A DNA stretch of 33,836 bases from Melioribacteraceae bacterium (GTDB lineage Bacteria; Bacteroidota; Ignavibacteria; Ignavibacteriales; Melioribacteraceae), in the NCBI GenBank assembly GCA_036743235.1, contig DAINPX010000001.1, positions 1 through 33,836 on the forward strand. Direction: 5' to 3'. Below are positions 32,649 to 33,836 of this stretch, piece after piece (the first letter of the stretch is position 1; every line of letters begins with the position of its first letter). A program made the position numbers and the translations under genes. The notes below the pieces were generated by a model. It saw only the letters and a list, made by a program, of their open reading frames with translations, searched no databases and was not told where the DNA came from.

Positions 32649-33836
32649 TCAACGAGGATTAAAAACAAGCTCAACTACTGTTCCTTCATTTTTTTTACTA
32701 ACAATACTAAGACCAATGTTATTTAATTCGCAATACTTTTTAGATAACGGAAGTCCTAATCCGTTTCCGTCATAAGTTCTTGTATAACCGCTATCTTCTT
32801 GTGTAAAAGGTTTAAAAACCTCATCTAAATATTCCTCGCTTATTCCTATTCCGGTATCGCTTATTTTTAGTAATCCAAAATTTTCTTTACTTTCAATTGT
32901 AATATCTATTTGACCTTTTTCGGTAAACTTATACGCATTATCCAATAGGTTTGAAAATATCTGCTCAAAGGAATACTTGTCCGCAATAGTCTCTATTTTA
33001 TTATCAAAGTTTTTATTTAACAACAATCCTTTTAATCTAATTTTATGTTCATAATTGTTAATTATACTATCAACTATTTCGTTAATATTTATTTTTTCGG
33101 GATTCGGAATGTACGTTCCCAAGTGTAGTTCAGACATGTTTAGTATTAATTCCACAGTACGTATTATCCTTTCGCTGGAAAGGTTTATTCTGTCAAAATC
33201 GGTTAATAAATCGGTAATTCCGGTATCTTCAAGCTCCATTTTTAAAATTGATAGAGAAGTCATAATACCGTTTAAAGGGGTTCTGATTTCATGCGATATT
33301 TGTGATAGAAAATGCGATTTAAGTTTATCGGAGTGTTCCGCTCTTTCTTTTGCAATATTTAATTCTTCAATTGTTTTTTTTAGTTTTTCGGTTCTTTCAA
33401 TTACAAGTTTTTCTAAGTTCTCTTTATATTCATTATTTTCTTTAATTAGTTGTTTCCTTTCCAATGCTTTTAATACCGATAACTCTAACTCTTCAAATTG
33501 CAAAATCGGTTTTTGAACGAACTCCCATGCTCCTAAATTCATTGCTCGTACTGCGTCTTTAATTACACCAGTACCGGATACTACTATAATAGGTGTTTCG
33601 GGAGAGTTTCTTGTAATAGTAGAAATAACAGTATGCCCCCCTATACCGGGCATATGTAAATCTACTAATACTATATCGGGTATAAATTCATTAAATATTA
33701 TTAATCCTTCTTCACCATTGTTAGCAGTTTTAACATTACAATCGTGGTCTTCAAATAAAAATTTTAAACTCTTGCACAATCCTTCGTCATCATCAATAAT
33801 AAGTACTTTTACGTCTTTAAGGTTGCTGACGAAGGA
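32649..33836 (-). CDS. Response-regulator receiver fused to a histidine kinase (REC, coiled coil, HisKA, HATPase_c); the 5' end lies outside the window
   Basis: The reading frame stays open to the window edge (SFVSNLKDVKVLIIDDDEGLCKSL...). REC: DIVLVDLHMPG. H-box: SHEIRTPLNGI. N/G boxes: LLDNAYKFT and DTGIGI...GLGL. Confidence 0.85.
   Translation of the reverse strand, partial: SFVSNLKDVKVLIIDDDEGLCKSLKFLFEDHDCNVKTANNGEEGLIIFNEFIPDIVLVDLHMPGIGGHTVISTITRNSPETPIIVVSGTGVIKDAVRAMNLGAWEFVQKPILQFEELELSVLKALERKQLIKENNEYKENLEKLVIERTEKLKKTIEELNIAKERAEHSDKLKSHFLSQISHEIRTPLNGIMTSLSILKMELEDTGITDLLTDFDRINLSSERIIRTVELILNMSELHLGTYIPNPEKININEIVDSIINNYEHKIRLKGLLLNKNFDNKIETIADKYSFEQIFSNLLDNAYKFTEKGQIDITIESKENFGLLKISDTGIGISEEYLDEVFKPFTQEDSGYTRTYDGNGLGLPLSKKYCELNNIGLSIVSKKNEGTVVELVFNPR

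Noticed and set aside
1-33836. Search for CRISPR arrays, tRNA/rRNA genes, IS elements, integrases, prophage or defence-island genes.
   Set aside because: Nothing was found. The only direct repeat structure is the duplicated riboswitch unit. There are no transposase- or recombinase-like ORFs, and no cloverleaf-like tRNA sequences were recognised in the intergenic regions. The gene content is housekeeping and biosynthetic.

Overview
AT-rich bacterial chromosomal window. About 31 of 34 kb is coding, and all but two genes lie on the minus strand. By gene content (DUF3109, a long SurA/PpiC protein, type-2 Asd) it may be from the FCB group (Bacteroidota/Ignavibacteria-like), but that assignment is weak.

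The main feature is a co-directional amino-acid biosynthesis super-cluster of about 19.8 kb. In minus-strand order (19818 down to 1) it contains:
- a promoter and two tandem riboswitch-terminator units
- a Cys/Met PLP enzyme and aspartokinase-homoserine dehydrogenase (AK-HSDH) paralogue I
- a Thr-type leader-peptide attenuator
- AK-HSDH paralogue II, thrB, thrC, asd, and a 1223-aa FAD/Fe-S/CCG oxidoreductase
- trpL (a leader peptide with WWWW) and its attenuator terminator
- trpE, trpG, trpD, trpC, trpF, a DAHP synthase, and trpB (runs off the window edge)

The remainder (19.9-33.8 kb) holds a GH13-like glycosidase, a GyrI-like protein, and an aspartase fused to an N-terminal cyclic-nucleotide-binding-like domain. 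It also holds a 0.5-kb ORF-free gap, a lipoprotein acid phosphatase, hslVU, and a SurA/PpiC-type PPIase. The last genes are an ICMT-like methyltransferase, rpoN, DUF3109, a sugar phosphotransferase and a partial REC-histidine kinase.

I found no CRISPR array, tRNA/rRNA, transposase, integrase or recognisable defence genes.

The most interesting signals are cis-regulatory RNAs that a protein ORF track cannot show:
- a duplicated riboswitch with compensatory changes
- two leader-peptide attenuators

The cNMP-domain-aspartase fusion, which has a degenerate phosphate-binding cassette, is also notable.

All RNA calls come from reading the sequence by eye. They need covariance-model searches, RNA folding and experiments to confirm.
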